Assembly (NCBI RefSeq): GCF_003918875.1
Contig: NW_025765192.1
Span: forward strand, 744,001-808,000
Length of the DNA stretch: 64,000 nt
Direction: 5' to 3'
Source of the DNA: Haliotis rubra
Lineage: Eukaryota
Part shown: piece after piece, positions 12,823-25,200 of the stretch
Layout: every line of letters begins with the position of its first letter
Position numbering within the stretch: the first letter of the stretch is position 1
Made by a program: the position numbers and the translations under genes
Notes under the pieces: model-generated
What the model was told of the DNA's origin: nothing
Database searches by the model: none
Seen by the model: the letters and a program-made list of their open reading frames with translations, nothing else

Positions 12823-13341
12823 CAGACCCGGTTGACGTTCGCTGCTGTCATAGACCATAGATGCAACATATGTGCCTTCTTAACACAGCATCAAAATGGA
12901 AATCACCTGCATAACGGTTAGTGCATACGGTCATTATCATACGTCGGGAAATTTCAAGAGCTTGGAACAACAAAGTATAGACTTGAAAACTGGATTCGAA
13001 TCTCAAAATACAAATGTTATCAAAACGTTACAATGCGGAAAAGAGTGGCCGAAACATTACAAACGTAAACTCCAAAATACAGCCGTGTTATCAGTATCAA
13101 ATACATCGAATAACAGTTATCATTGTTGTTTGTTTGATTCAACAACCATCAATCTATTGGTGTATATTTCCATCCTCCAGGCAGTTCATCACATATGTCT
13201 ATTTCATTAAAAATAAATGAAATACATTTTGACTGTTTTTTTTCTATCTTAATTTGCTGTCTGTACACTGTTGTTTTATGATAGTTTCATCCCGAACATC
13301 CAGATTCATCGGGTTCAAGCCTCAAGTTGGTCATTTTTCTT

Positions 13342-13588
13342 GACCCGTGAAGATCCGGGTTAGAATATTGATCTTCAGTAACCCATGCTTGTCGTTAGAA
13401 ACGACTAAAACGGGATCGGGTGGTCAGGCTCGCTGCCTTTGTTGACACATGTCATCGGTTCCCAATTGCGCAGATCGACGCTCATGATGTTCATCACTAT
13501 ATTGTCTGGTCCAGACTCGATTATTTACAGACCGCCGCCATATAGCTGGAATATTGCTGAGTGCGGCGTAAAACTAAACTCACTCACT
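13342..13588 (+). mobile_element. SINE-like family B, full length
   Basis: gacccgtgaagatccgggttag...gctggaatattgctgagtgcggcgtaaaactaaactcactcact. Confidence 0.92.
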
Positions 13589-14554
13589 CCGCGCAGCCCT
13601 TTCTGCAATGCTAATGCCCCAGATGAAACAAGTCCACGTTTCATCAGAATCTCCGAGCTCACTGCGGCTCTCTTGCAAGTGAAATGGAGTTATCGTCATC
13701 CGTGTTTCAGGCATGTGAAAAATTGCCTTGCCTCTGCATGTGTTTATAACCATCTGTATCATCTCTCCTTGAAAAAGATTCATACCAACGTGCGTATGAT
13801 ACGGTCGGAATCGAACAGTCAGCTTTGTTTCTAGATTATTGTGGATTATGGAAATGGTATCGTCGCTTCAATTTCAACGGTCGTTGAGCTATTTCCTTTG
13901 GCGCCAAATGTCGACTCGGATTGTTAAGTTTCAAACTTATTACATTTGTATTCATGACATTACTCAATGCATCATGAAACTGTGGTTTGGGTAGTACGTA
14001 AAACCTAACGCAGCCTGTTTGAGAGCTGCAATGCGCGCTCACATCACAGTTAGCGTTCGCCCTGCATGTAATGGAAATGACTGCACCGCGACAAAACAAC
14101 ACGACTCTACCTATAAAAGCGCCAAAGGTCCCAATGTATGGTTATTCTTTGTAGGGTGGGACTGCAGTCTTGGAGGTAATATTTCAACAAATCCCGTTGG
14201 TATGTTTTTTATTGAGGAATTGGACCTCGACAAGACTCCCATGAACGTGAGAGTAAGTCACGAAATCCGGAACGCTAGCAGTGGTTTTTGCGCTGGTGAA
14301 GGTTGATTATTGTAACATTGGGATAAATGGCGGTTCCCAGCTGTTACACAGGAACGTAATTACTTCTAATGGCGAAAAAAGTGTCGATGCCGAATAAAAC
14401 ACCATTCACTCATTTAACGTCCGATAATTACACCTTCAACACGTCTACGCTCTCAGAGTTCCTGCAACACCTACAGAAATTCCGACCGACATGGCAACGG
14501 GCTTTGGCAGAGATATGCCTGTCCAGTGTTGTCCGGTAAGGAGACTATCTCTGA

Positions 14555-14776
14555 CGCCCGTGGTGTCAGTTGTGAGGGTAGCGAGGGGGTGGTCAGAGAT
14601 TGTGGCGTCAGTTGTGAGGGTAGCGAGGGGGAGGTCTGTGATAGTGGCGTCAGTTGTGAGGGTAGCGAGGGGAGGGTAGCGAGGGGAGGTCAGAGCTTGT
14701 GTCGTCAGTTGTGAGGGTAGCGAGGGGGAGGTCTGTGATTGTGGCGTAAGATGTGAGAGTAGCGAGGGGAGGTCAG
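14555..14776. repeat. G-rich tandem repeat of about 42 bp x5
   Basis: Unit gtggcgtcagttgtgagggtagcgagggggaggtctgtgata. Confidence 0.88.
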
Positions 14777-15248
14777 CTACAGTACATTTCCAAGGGAAAC
14801 CGGATTAATTTCTAACATGATAAGAATGTTTGATACCAGACATCGTTCCCTGATATTATTAATTTCACTTCATCTGTGGAATAGAGTGACTTCAAACATT
14901 GTCCGTGGCTCTGTGTGCGCGAATTCCTATTCTATGTATTCTCAGTCCCTTCAGGGGAGTCTGTGAACATTAGCCTGAAATACTACGTTTCATACCCGCC
15001 GCTCCGGGTACATGAGTTAGACCTTGTTGTCTTGACGTAGTTGGCCACGTGATACCCTGAGAGATGTTCGGGTCAACTCGGCGCACTCCGTGGATAAAAT
15101 GACAAGACGATTGATTTCAAGGCAAACCGCAAACAAATCAATCCCGCATCTGTTCTACGCCAATGTATAGTACACACAGCTTTAGAATTGTGAGTGTTTT
15201 AACCTTGTTTTGAGTAGCTTATTTCCATATCAAATCAAAATGTTCACG

Positions 15249-15430
15249 ATCCGTGAAGATACAGGTTAGAATTGGTCTTCAGCCTATGCATGTCGTGAGA
15301 GGCGACTAACGGGTTCGGGTGGTCAGACTTGGTTGACACATGTCATCGTTTCCTAATTGCGTAGATGAATCCTCATGGTGTGAGTCACTAGAATGTATGG
15401 TCAAGACTTGATTATTGACAGGAATATTTC
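15249..15430 (+). mobile_element. SINE-like family B, degraded
   Basis: atccgtgaagatacaggttagaattggtcttcag...gtcgtgagaggcgactaacggg. Confidence 0.75.
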
Positions 15431-15565
15431 TTAGTGAGGGGATAAACAAACTAAAACAATGCGTTTTGTCACACAAAATATGCAAGACCTTTTGCCCAGT
15501 AAGCAATGATCAAGTTTGGTCACAGCGGCTTGTGAAATAACGGGCAGCAGACCAGTTGGCCTGAG

Positions 15566-15724
15566 TGAGCGAGTTTAGTTTTACGCCGCTTTCAGCAATA
15601 TTCCAGCAATATCACGGCGGGGGACACAAGAAATGGGCTGCACACATTGTACCCATGTGGAGAATCGAACCCGGATCTTCGGCGTGACGAGAGAACGCTT
15701 TAACCACTAGGCTACCCCACCACC
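15566..15724 (-). mobile_element. SINE family A, full length
   Basis: TSD ccagttggcctgag on both sides; tRNA-like head. Confidence 0.9.
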
Positions 15725-16665
15725 CCAGTTGGCCTGAGCTACGCCTGTGGCCTGTGTGGTGATCACGTACACGACCACTGTGGGCGACGCTGCTCGCCGT
15801 CTCTTCACAAATGTAGAAGCTGATACTTTATAGTCTAAAAACCGACAAGATGAAGACGCTCCACCATGTGACTTAACAGATTGTCGAAGCATCTGGACAG
15901 CGTTCATGCCACTTCATCTTGTTGGTCTGTCAGCGATAAAGATCCTTCTAATCATTATTCAGGTGTGTTGCTGCGTATTCTGATAGGTTGTGAATTAGTG
16001 AGTGAGTGAACGAGGTTTATGCCGTGTTTGCGAACGTTTTAAACACTTTTCCCTGCCACCTCTTGATAGTCGTAAATGTGTTATGCTATCACATTGTCAC
16101 AAATATGTCTCCGTTTTCCCTTCAGCTTCACTACAAGGAGGTGTACAGGTGTGCAGGCCTGCAGGTGTCGCTGTCATGTATCGAGGACAGGATGTCAACA
16201 TGGCGTATACCCAATGCTTGTATTGTCATCCGCTGGAATTCTATGGCAATAACGTATCCAGTACCTCAAGTTGAGGAAAACTGGTATCTGATGGTTTCTC
16301 ATACGTTTCAGATGTTGTGCATCCTGATCACGGAAAGGTACGTGTCGACGACTGAATGCGTGACGTATCCGAAACTATCTCGACGGTCCTTCGAGGTTGT
16401 TCGTGCCCTGGGCTAATGTTAATGATATGCCGGGTCAGACTACCGTTCGCTTCACTCAGAGACAAAGTCGACGGGTAACTAATGAATGTTGGCTGCCCAG
16501 GCAGGCGTGTCACTGCATCCCGATATCGGACGAGATGGGAACTATTGGGTTTACCTCGCGTTTACGATTGCTACACTTACATTGGGACGTGTTGGCATGC
16601 TAACACACTTGGATACCTGCGGCAGTTCAACTCGGATACTCCATTGAGGCGCATGATGCTGACTT

Positions 16666-16827
16666 GGGCGGTTGGGTAGCCTAGTGGTTAAAACGTTCGC
16701 TCGTCACGCCGAAACCTCGGGTTCGATTCCCACATTTGTAAAATATGTAAAACCCAATTTAGGTGTCCCTTACCGTGATATTGTTGGAATATTGCTAAAA
16801 GCGATGTAAAAAATATCCACTCACTCA
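16666..16827 (+). mobile_element. SINE family A
   Basis: gggtagcctagtggttaaaacgttcgctcgtcacgccga...gggttcgattccc; (CACT)n tail. Confidence 0.88.
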
Positions 16828-17889
16828 TAATGCGGACTCAGAGACGGTTAGTCCATGTTTCATCCCCTCAATGGCGAGCACCAGGCAGGGTAACAAAAAG
16901 TATTACCTAGTACGACGCCGCCAGTGTGTATCACTACTGACTTTCGGTTCCACCTGTCCACTGGACCACGGAGGCCGTCTCCTATATTCCTTGAGATGTC
17001 GGTTCAACGTTACGGAGACATCGTTTGTGTTCAAAGATCGAACTTTGATGAATACGTTTTGCCTTCTTGTGAAAGCATTACTCCTTTGATTTTTGGAGTA
17101 TAGAACACCATACAGCGCACTCTCGTCTCAGCCGAAGACAAATATACTGAACGATCGAACGTCCATTGTAATCCCTAACCGTTCGATGTTAGACCTCTGA
17201 TATAAGGTAGTGGTTTAAAATGTTCCCTATACGCGTAGATCGATGTAGTAGTAGCTGTGACAAACTGCACAGACATTAAAATATCAGAATCGGAAATGAA
17301 ATTACCAGGCTCAAAACCGACACTTCCGGAACTGCCAAGCAGTATTTGTTTTGATCTTCATGCTAACAGAAATTTGCAAATATATTATTTGTGTTGCAAA
17401 TCCATTCATGGCCACAATCAGCTCAATATTGAAACAAACTATCTTTTATAGAGATAAAACAACCGATATCAGGAATTATTCAAGACACGTTGAAGTTGTT
17501 TCTTGTAAGAATAAATTTCATTATCTCGAAGAGCTGGGGATCGTATATTTCGAGTTACCCAAAGTGTTCGACTAGCAGGTGTGGTCAGTGTCAACGCTAA
17601 TTCTTTCATAATCTTCGACTATGGGTGGTTTAACTGTATCCGTGAATACACAATGTCGTTTAGAAGGAGGTCAAGTGTAACATGTTATATTTGTGATTAC
17701 ACTTTTTTAGTAAAGTGCATATTGTACTGCGACTGAAGGTTAGATAGTTGACTTTGTGTGCTGGCGGTTACGTGCCTGACTCTGAGAGTGTGGGTTCGAA
17801 TCCCGGATGGGACTCACCCTAACAAAAGTACATGAATCTGTACTTCACTGAGAAAGTGGAATCCCAAATATAACATATGTTAAACTGTA

Positions 17890-18250
17890 TCCGTGTTTGA
17901 CTTTACGTAGCTATCCGCCTGTTCGACTTGACGTGGTTTTACTGAACACACGTTCGTCTTTGACGTAGCTAACACTATCCGCCTGATCGACATGACGTGG
18001 TTTTACTGAACACACGTTCGTCTTTGACGTAGCTAACACTATCCGCCTGATCGACTTGACGTGGTTTTACTGAAAACACGTTCGTCGTTTACGTAGCTAA
18101 CACGTTCCGCCTGTTCGACTTGACGTAGTTTTGCTGAACAAACGATCGTCTTCACGTGCTGTAACTGCATCCGTGTTCGATGTAAAGTAGCTTCACTGTC
18201 TACACGTTCAACTTCACGTAAATTACACAAAAGGCATGTTCGATTTGACT
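17890..18250. repeat. 64-bp tandem repeat (dimer of about 32-bp subunits), decaying rightwards
   Basis: tatccgcctg recurs at 17912, 17976 and 18040. Confidence 0.85.
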
Positions 18251-18341
18251 CGGTTTCACAGCATCCACAGCAATCATTTTCAACTTACCAATGCATGCAA
18301 GAACTGGTAGTGTGTCTTCATGGTACACACAGAGACCATGT

Positions 18342-18697
18342 GAGGTAAGGTGAAATTGGGTTTAACGTCGTGCTTGAGAATATTTCGCTCATATGACGAC
18401 GTGCATGCGTGTGTATCTGTGTATGTGCGGCTGCTTGTACTAGCCCAGACTTAAGCTGGTTTTATAGTGCTAGCTCACTGAGATACCATGCCGCAGTGGA
18501 GCATGAATACCCCTCTCAGACACATTATACTGTCTCCGAGCCGACAAGTCCTTGTTGTACCCAGTAATGCCGAGCGCCAGGCAGGGACCAACAAGTACCA
18601 TATTTTAACGTCTTTTGGTATGACGCGGTCGGGGATCGAACCCGCGACCTTCCGCTCTCCGGGCGGACGCTCTAACCACTACACCACGGAGGCGGTC
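18342..18697 (-). mobile_element. tRNA-derived SINE family C (Meta-domain-like), full length
   Basis: 14-bp TSD cacagagaccatgt; tRNA head with GGTTCGATCCC followed by gtcataccaaaagacgttaaaatatggtacttg, which resembles the MetaSINE central domain. Degraded relatives near 3410-3560, 12160-12320, 16850-16975 and 31335-31530. Confidence 0.85.
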
Positions 18698-18734
18698 CAC
18701 AGAGACCATGTACCAATTTGTATATGATCTTTGT

Positions 18735-18775
18735 TACACAACAGAACAAATGAATACCATGAGAAATTTCTTTAT
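18735..18775 (-). terminator. Possible variant polyadenylation signal (TATAAA plus downstream GU-rich tract)
   Basis: About 300 nt after the stop: TATAAA followed by TTTGTTCTGTTGTGT. No canonical AATAAA seen nearby. Confidence 0.25.
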
Positions 18776-19073
18776 AAAATCCAGCATGTGTTGACATACC
18801 TCTCTACATAAGACAGTACAAAAGTTCGTGCACAAAACATTAAACGGCACAACACATCTCAAAACTCAACGATCACAAAACGAATACTCGTTCGTGCTGA
18901 CGAACACATTATCGAATTCTCCCAAGGAACGGAGAACGAGAGTTAGATTATCATGAATAACTTATATCACAATTGTTCTGCAGATGAAGAGCACTGTTTG
19001 TCCATTGGGAAAGTCTTATTCGAAGTTCCTCTCAACTTCAAGTCAATGCATTGTCAATAATGTGCGCATGCGC

Positions 19074-19262
19074 CTAGCTAGCACCAAGAATCAGTTTCCG
19101 GCAGTTGTCACATCCGGGGAATTTGCTAGCTTCCTGAACCTTCTTGGCAACAGCTTCTGACACAAGGAGGGCTGGCCCAAGCTTCATGCCAAGATTTTTC
19201 ATGAGGTGGTCTGTTGTTAGTAAAGGCAGTATTTTTCCATCTACTCTCTGCTCTCGGAAATT
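19074..19262 (-). CDS. SAMD11: Coding exon 6 (rest of SAM domain and stop)
   Basis: Acceptor ttttgttccag|AAT in phase 0. NFREQRVDGKILPLLTTDHLMKNLGMKLGPAL is a Polyhomeotic/SAMD7/11-type SAM C-half; TAG stop. Confidence 0.93.
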   Translation of the reverse strand, partial: NFREQRVDGKILPLLTTDHLMKNLGMKLGPALLVSEAVAKKVQEASKFPGCDNCRKLILGAS

Positions 19263-22200
19263 CTGGAACAAAATAATTTAATTATTTTTTGCATTATATT
19301 TGAGCAATTCAAAATAAAAACGAAACACTAAAAATTTTAGTAGACCTGCGTCATAACTGATTAAATATGTCCTTATTATGTGTTGTTTCATTTCAGTCCC
19401 TTAAACCCAATATACAGATGTAATCGTTAGTTATAGGTTTGTGAAATAAAGTGTTAATACATCCATGATTACAGACATCACCGTCGTGTCTAACTAGGCC
19501 TATAGGACAGATATAACCATCGTGTAATTTAATATTAATAAATCCAGGAGGTCGGATATAGAATAGTGTCTTAATAAATAAACGCGGGTAATCTGAACCA
19601 CTCCTCAGATTCAACAAAATAGATTAATTCAAATTACTTCCTTATTTTAATAAATTGTCAAGATTAAATGGGATTACAACCTCATTCTCTTAAATAGAGA
19701 ACTATTATTGAAATAGATATCAAAATCTGAATATTTCTTACTACGAAAGACCTTATGATACATACTGTCACAGGTCTCGGGTAATATGGAAGGGTCGTCG
19801 GTTTCTAGACGCGGCAATATAAACGCTCAATGTCGTCGTGGTCTGTCTCGCTTTACGTCTGGGTATCGCTAAGCTATTGTCATTTCCCCACTAACTAGGG
19901 TTGACAATATTCATTGTGGCATCAAGATTAATCTGGTTCTGGTAGCGCGCTGCGGCAGCACGTGTTAAAGCGCTATCCATCCAACGGTCTGTCTGTCAAG
20001 CCCGCGGTGATGATAAATAATAGCATCTACACAACTAGTCGCGACTATGCTTAGGTGGAAAGGTCTCTGTGGTAAGTGATACTTGCGGCACAACTACTTG
20101 TGACACGGTATTCCCAGTAGACGTGTGACGGCTTAAATGATGGTCGATTCGTTACTGTCGTGACCACAGTTTGGAGAGAACGGATAATAACCAGGTCGTA
20201 CTAGTGTTACGTCTACTTTCGTTCCAGATCTACGGTCGTCTGGTGGACTGCGGATCGATACTGGTTTGTCGCAATAAGGCTGGCAATTATTCAGTAACTG
20301 CCGAAACCTATTTATCACTTCATGACTAAAACTGTAATATAACCCTCGTTTTAAACTCAATTTATACGAGATATAAATAGTCTTTAGCTTCAAGGCCATG
20401 GGCCCCGGAACGCAAATAATTCCTTCAAAGATGTAATTATGTATCCTTACCTCGGCGTATAAGCTGCATCCGTCCAGCATACTGATGAATCTACACACAT
20501 CTTCAACAGACCAAAAACGGATGTCGCCGGGCCTGCTTTCAGCACACGTACACCTGTGAAGAACAGATTTCCCAGCGTGGTCCATCCAAGATGGGGTGTA
20601 GGGTTTAAAGTCTAAACTTCCGGTCGGCTTAAAACCTTCCTCTGCGTACATTTTCCGTGACAGCTCATCACTCAAACTTCTGGAATAATCGTATCCATAT
20701 GGTTGGAATCCATGACAAACAGGCAACGTGTCCAACCTGTAATCTGGCGCAGGATACTCTAAACGTAGTCTTTTAGATGTAGATAAATCCAAGGCGGAAG
20801 CTGTCTCCATTTCAACGTTCCCTCGTTTAAGTCCTCCCATAGTTCCACAGTGATACGGAACACTTCCGGGTAACGGTAAATATTGGAGAGATCGAGACAT
20901 GTCCACCATGGGTGGTTGGGGAACCGTGTATTGAACCCTAGGCGGCATCATATGCATTGGGGCAAAACATGGCGCCCCGATATTAGCAGGTAATGCACCT
21001 GCCGTTGTTGGGTATAACACCGGTTCTTTCTGGACCATTCCAGGGTGGCTGTACATTGAGCATGCGTGGAGCGGATGAAGCATTGCAGGATTGACGTGAA
21101 TTTGAGGCGGCCTCATGTCATACATCGGTTCCATTCCTGACGGGGGCTGATGCCTGAAAGACAAAGCATTGTTCCTGGTAATGACCACCAAATATCACCA
21201 AAGCCTTCTTGCAGTGTCATGTCATGCAAAGTTTAGTACATTTGAAAAACGTCTTTTTAAACACTTTTTGAAAAAAAACATTCTTTACAGATTTCAAGGG
21301 ACATGAAATATTAAGACATTGAAAACACGATTTATGTTTTCTAATGTCACGATATACACATTTCTGAATATATGAAAAAAATCTTAAACAGGTTTTTTTT
21401 AGCTTTGCAAGGACATGAAATATTACGACACTGAAACACGATTTATCTGTGCCTGACACTGACGTTCAAATTAGTGAAAACTTACAACATCTGAGGCCCG
21501 TGGCCGGCAGCCAGAAGTCTCATGTAGTCGCTGAAGGCGGCGTCGCCAGTTTCTGGTTGTCGAATTTGTGCGACTTCATTTGTCGTCCGAGAGTCTTGTA
21601 TCGACCGTGGTGACGCCTTCTCTTGTTCCCTCTTGCTGCACTTGGGAATATGCTCGTCTGCCACTTTGTGTTTCGTCTCGTGCGTGACGTGAGTCTTAGG
21701 TTTAACACTTTCCTTGCACTTTTCGGGTTCTTTCCCGTGTGATGATGACGCACTCGCATGTTCGACATGTCTCTCTGCTGCTTTGACGGAATGGGATTTT
21801 GAATTTTTGGGGCACATTGGCAGCGTCCTTTGGCAGATTTCCGAGTCTCCGGTTGGCTCCGGTGACGAGGGGCAACTAGATGAGCAGGGCGAGGACGGTT
21901 GGGCGTCGCTTGAAATATTTACATCGTTTGCCTCCATTGGGACAGGCATTGCACTTCGTGGAAGTGTCTCTGTCTTTTCGCTTTCCACTTTGACGGAAAC
22001 GTCTACACTGTCCGTCACACACACAGACTCTGTAACATTGATGTCAGAACATGATACGTCGCTGACACAAGGCTCCGGGCACGGTGCTGTCGGTTTCGGT
22101 TCCACTTTAACCTTGACCTCGACCTTGACCTCTGGTGGTAGAGGCGTTGACACGGGTTCATTGTATTTGACCTCGGGTAGTTCAGCGCTTTGTTCACACT

Positions 22201-25200
22201 TTGGTGGCGGCGGCTCATCACTTTTGATGACCTCTAAAACATAAAAGTAATGGCGAATATAGGTAATGTAACTTTGAAAATAATATTATAAAACAAAAAC
22301 TCAGGACCAAGGTCAGTCCAAATTCCACATCTCACTAATTACACAATAAAAACATTGTAAGATGAAAGTTTAACCACCGAAATCGGACATGTTTTCAGGA
22401 AGCTCTAACCGAAATATAATCAAGTTAAATACCTTTAACTGGTAGTGTTGAAGCACGTGTCTCAGTAGGTGGTAATGAAACTACTTCAGGTACGTTTTCA
22501 ATAACTGGAATCTTCGGTACTGAGATGATCGAATCGACGTGAACTTGACCTTGAACTTTGACCTTCTTCAAGGTCTGAACTTCCGATTCGATCAGTCTTT
22601 CACACTGTTGACTCTTGGGTGCGTCTATGACATTTGTTGACGTGGACTCCTTCAAGGGGCTGAAAAACAGATTAAAGTGTTTGATAATACGACCTGGTGA
22701 ATGAGACAGTTAGACAAATCGTTTCATCAGCAATATCACGATCATACAGCGCCAAATAAACAACGGGGTAAGAAAGTTTCTGAAAACGAGTTGTTGTTAT
22801 ACCTAGCAGTTCGCAATTGTCTAACCTTTTTACGGGAGTCTGTAAACAATCTAGTGTAGGTGGCCTGACAAACCAGTGGTTAGTATTACGAGCACCGTCA
22901 TATATAGTTGAGGCGCTGCGACATACCATCAGCAGATTAACGAGTCTAACGAGGTTTCCTTTCAACTACAACACGCGAAAAGCTAATGTGCACCTATGGT
23001 TTTCTAATCTAGAACATAATAAGTTCCTCATGAGAGAGAACAGCCATGCATGAATGCATGAACACGTACATCTTAAGTTCTTTTTCAGGATTCGGAACAT
23101 GTCAAAACTGATTGAAATTTTGGCACAGAAATGTATTATAAGCTTCATCAATTATTCTACCTGCAGTGTTTCTCTGTTGCCTTCTTCCCACTGGTGTTGG
23201 GGAGGTTCTGATCCTGGGGCAGTTTACCCTCCACACCTGATGGAGGTTTGGCCCCTTCAGTCGGTCGACAACGATCCACGGGTTTGAAAGCGCCATTTGC
23301 GTGATGCTCCACGGCCCCAGATGATTTCTTGACTTTCTTTTCCTGAGTGGAGGGCGTTTTGCGCTTCTCTCCAGTCCGACACCGCGTCTGCAAGGAGGGG
23401 ACAAACATGAAACACCTGGGACGATAATAAGTACTTCCACCACGTGGAAACAAAACGGAAGATTGATCTGTGTGACGCTCAAGCGTTAAAGAGGTTTAGA
23501 GTTACCGCCCTTCCCATGACGTCAGCCGCCGCTAGATGGCGACGTCGGGGTCTGTAAGGGCACCGTGTTGGCGGCGGTTTGATACGAAAGAGGTAAACAT
23601 TTACAAGCGATATAATTTTCACACTAGGCGTTTTGTGTTTTAACACGTAGACAACACATGTAGCGGTTAATAGCCTTGGGACGCCGAAGCGATCCATACT
23701 GCAAACATGTAACGAACATAGCCTGTTTTCTAAATGATATAAAAATTGAATTCATATAAAAACGACACCTGAGAATTAGATGGATAGGATCAGTTTTGAA
23801 GGCGTTTGCTAAAAATGCCCAACTTTCATGGTGGGCATTCCCTGGAGGTTTGCGCGGAGCTTCGATTTCCTCGCTCAAAGTACAGAACTGTGTGTGAATT
23901 CTCAAAATGCACGAGGACAACAGTATAACGTAAAACGCCAGGTCGATGCGCTGCCGATACTTGTGTACAGTCGCCACGCGGCGATATTGATCACATGTTC
24001 GCCGTTTTTCATTCTCTTCAGCTGTTCGCATTCAGCATGGATGTCTTTTCAGCAAGATATCTGGTTACTACTTTAAAAATGACTTTATAAAAAATTGTAT
24101 CGATCAAGAATTTGATGCACGCTCATGCGCTGGCGAATATGGTGTTTTAAGAGGATTCGTGACGCCATGCGACTTCAGAAAAGCGAGTTTGGCTGCATCT
24201 TGGGCCGATTGTTGAATTAAACTACTATAATTTTAAATTTGCTTTCATGTACATCTAAACTTTATGTCATTTCTCGGTAACATGCAATAGCTCTTATTTC
24301 GCATTCAATCATTAAGAATATTTTTATCTCTTGGCTAGTATACCGCTAAATTTGCAGCATAGGTCTGAATACATCCGATCTGGCCAAATCAAACAAAATT
24401 GCCAATACAACAATGCGGGCTAAACGGTAACTTAATCTTCCTTGCATAGAGCAAACGTTAGCTAAACATTAATCTCCAACAGCATTGGAGGGTTGATATG
24501 TATTTGAACGTCTCCCTCGGCAAAGGTGAGAAGGAAATGCGAGACCAATCCCCGCCGATAGGAACGACTTGGGCGCCCGTATCTCCTCACCTGTCGTCTT
24601 CCCAGTAAATTATGGGGCTCTTTATCTGTGCGTTTGTCTCGCCGTCATGACCCCTCGGTAAGACCTCCCGCTATCTCCGAACCCCGGACGCGTGGGGGTG
24701 ACAAAAGGCCGGGTTCGTCTTGACGGAACGCCTGCCAGAGTTGATATAGGCCGACTAGACGCTTGGATACCCCAAGCGGGGCACTCAGCTATGCGTCAAA
24801 ACGAAACTATTGGAAAGATATTTTTCGCTAAGCTTCTTATCCCCCTCTCTAGCCGCGGCTGACGGCTTATCAGCGTACGTGACTAGCGGTGCGGTCCTCT
24901 CGGGTGTCCTACCGGGGCTGGATTTGTCCTGTTGTCGAGGGAAGCTTGATCGGCGTTCGTTTTATCTTTACGATGCCAAAGATTTCTAAGGTGGGGTGAT
25001 CCCCACGGCGTTTGAGAAACACTATCCGCAAGGCGGGACTTATCTCCTTTGAGAATACGAGATCACAGCTGGTTGTTAGTGTGAAGATCAGTGTCCGTTC
25101 AGCGTCTTGTGCGAAGCTGACAAAACGTGGAATTGCCTTTAATCTGCTTAGGCTACCTTCGTCTGTGTAACAGCGATTATACATGCAGAAACCCGGAGCT

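Noticed and set aside
16126-16650. Exon-like stretch after a good acceptor
   Set aside because: No frame gives a recognisable protein and no partner exons were found.
20133-20450. C-terminal part of the 352-aa ORF
   Set aside because: Read-through into intron 5 past the GAG|GTAAGG donor; the SAM domain continues only in exon 19262-19074.
21714-22244. 176-aa plus-strand ORF, also 37566-37937
   Set aside because: Antisense shadows of real exons.
22433-23387. Exons 2 and 3 both 227 nt, suggesting exon duplication
   Set aside because: No sequence similarity and different phases; treated as coincidence.
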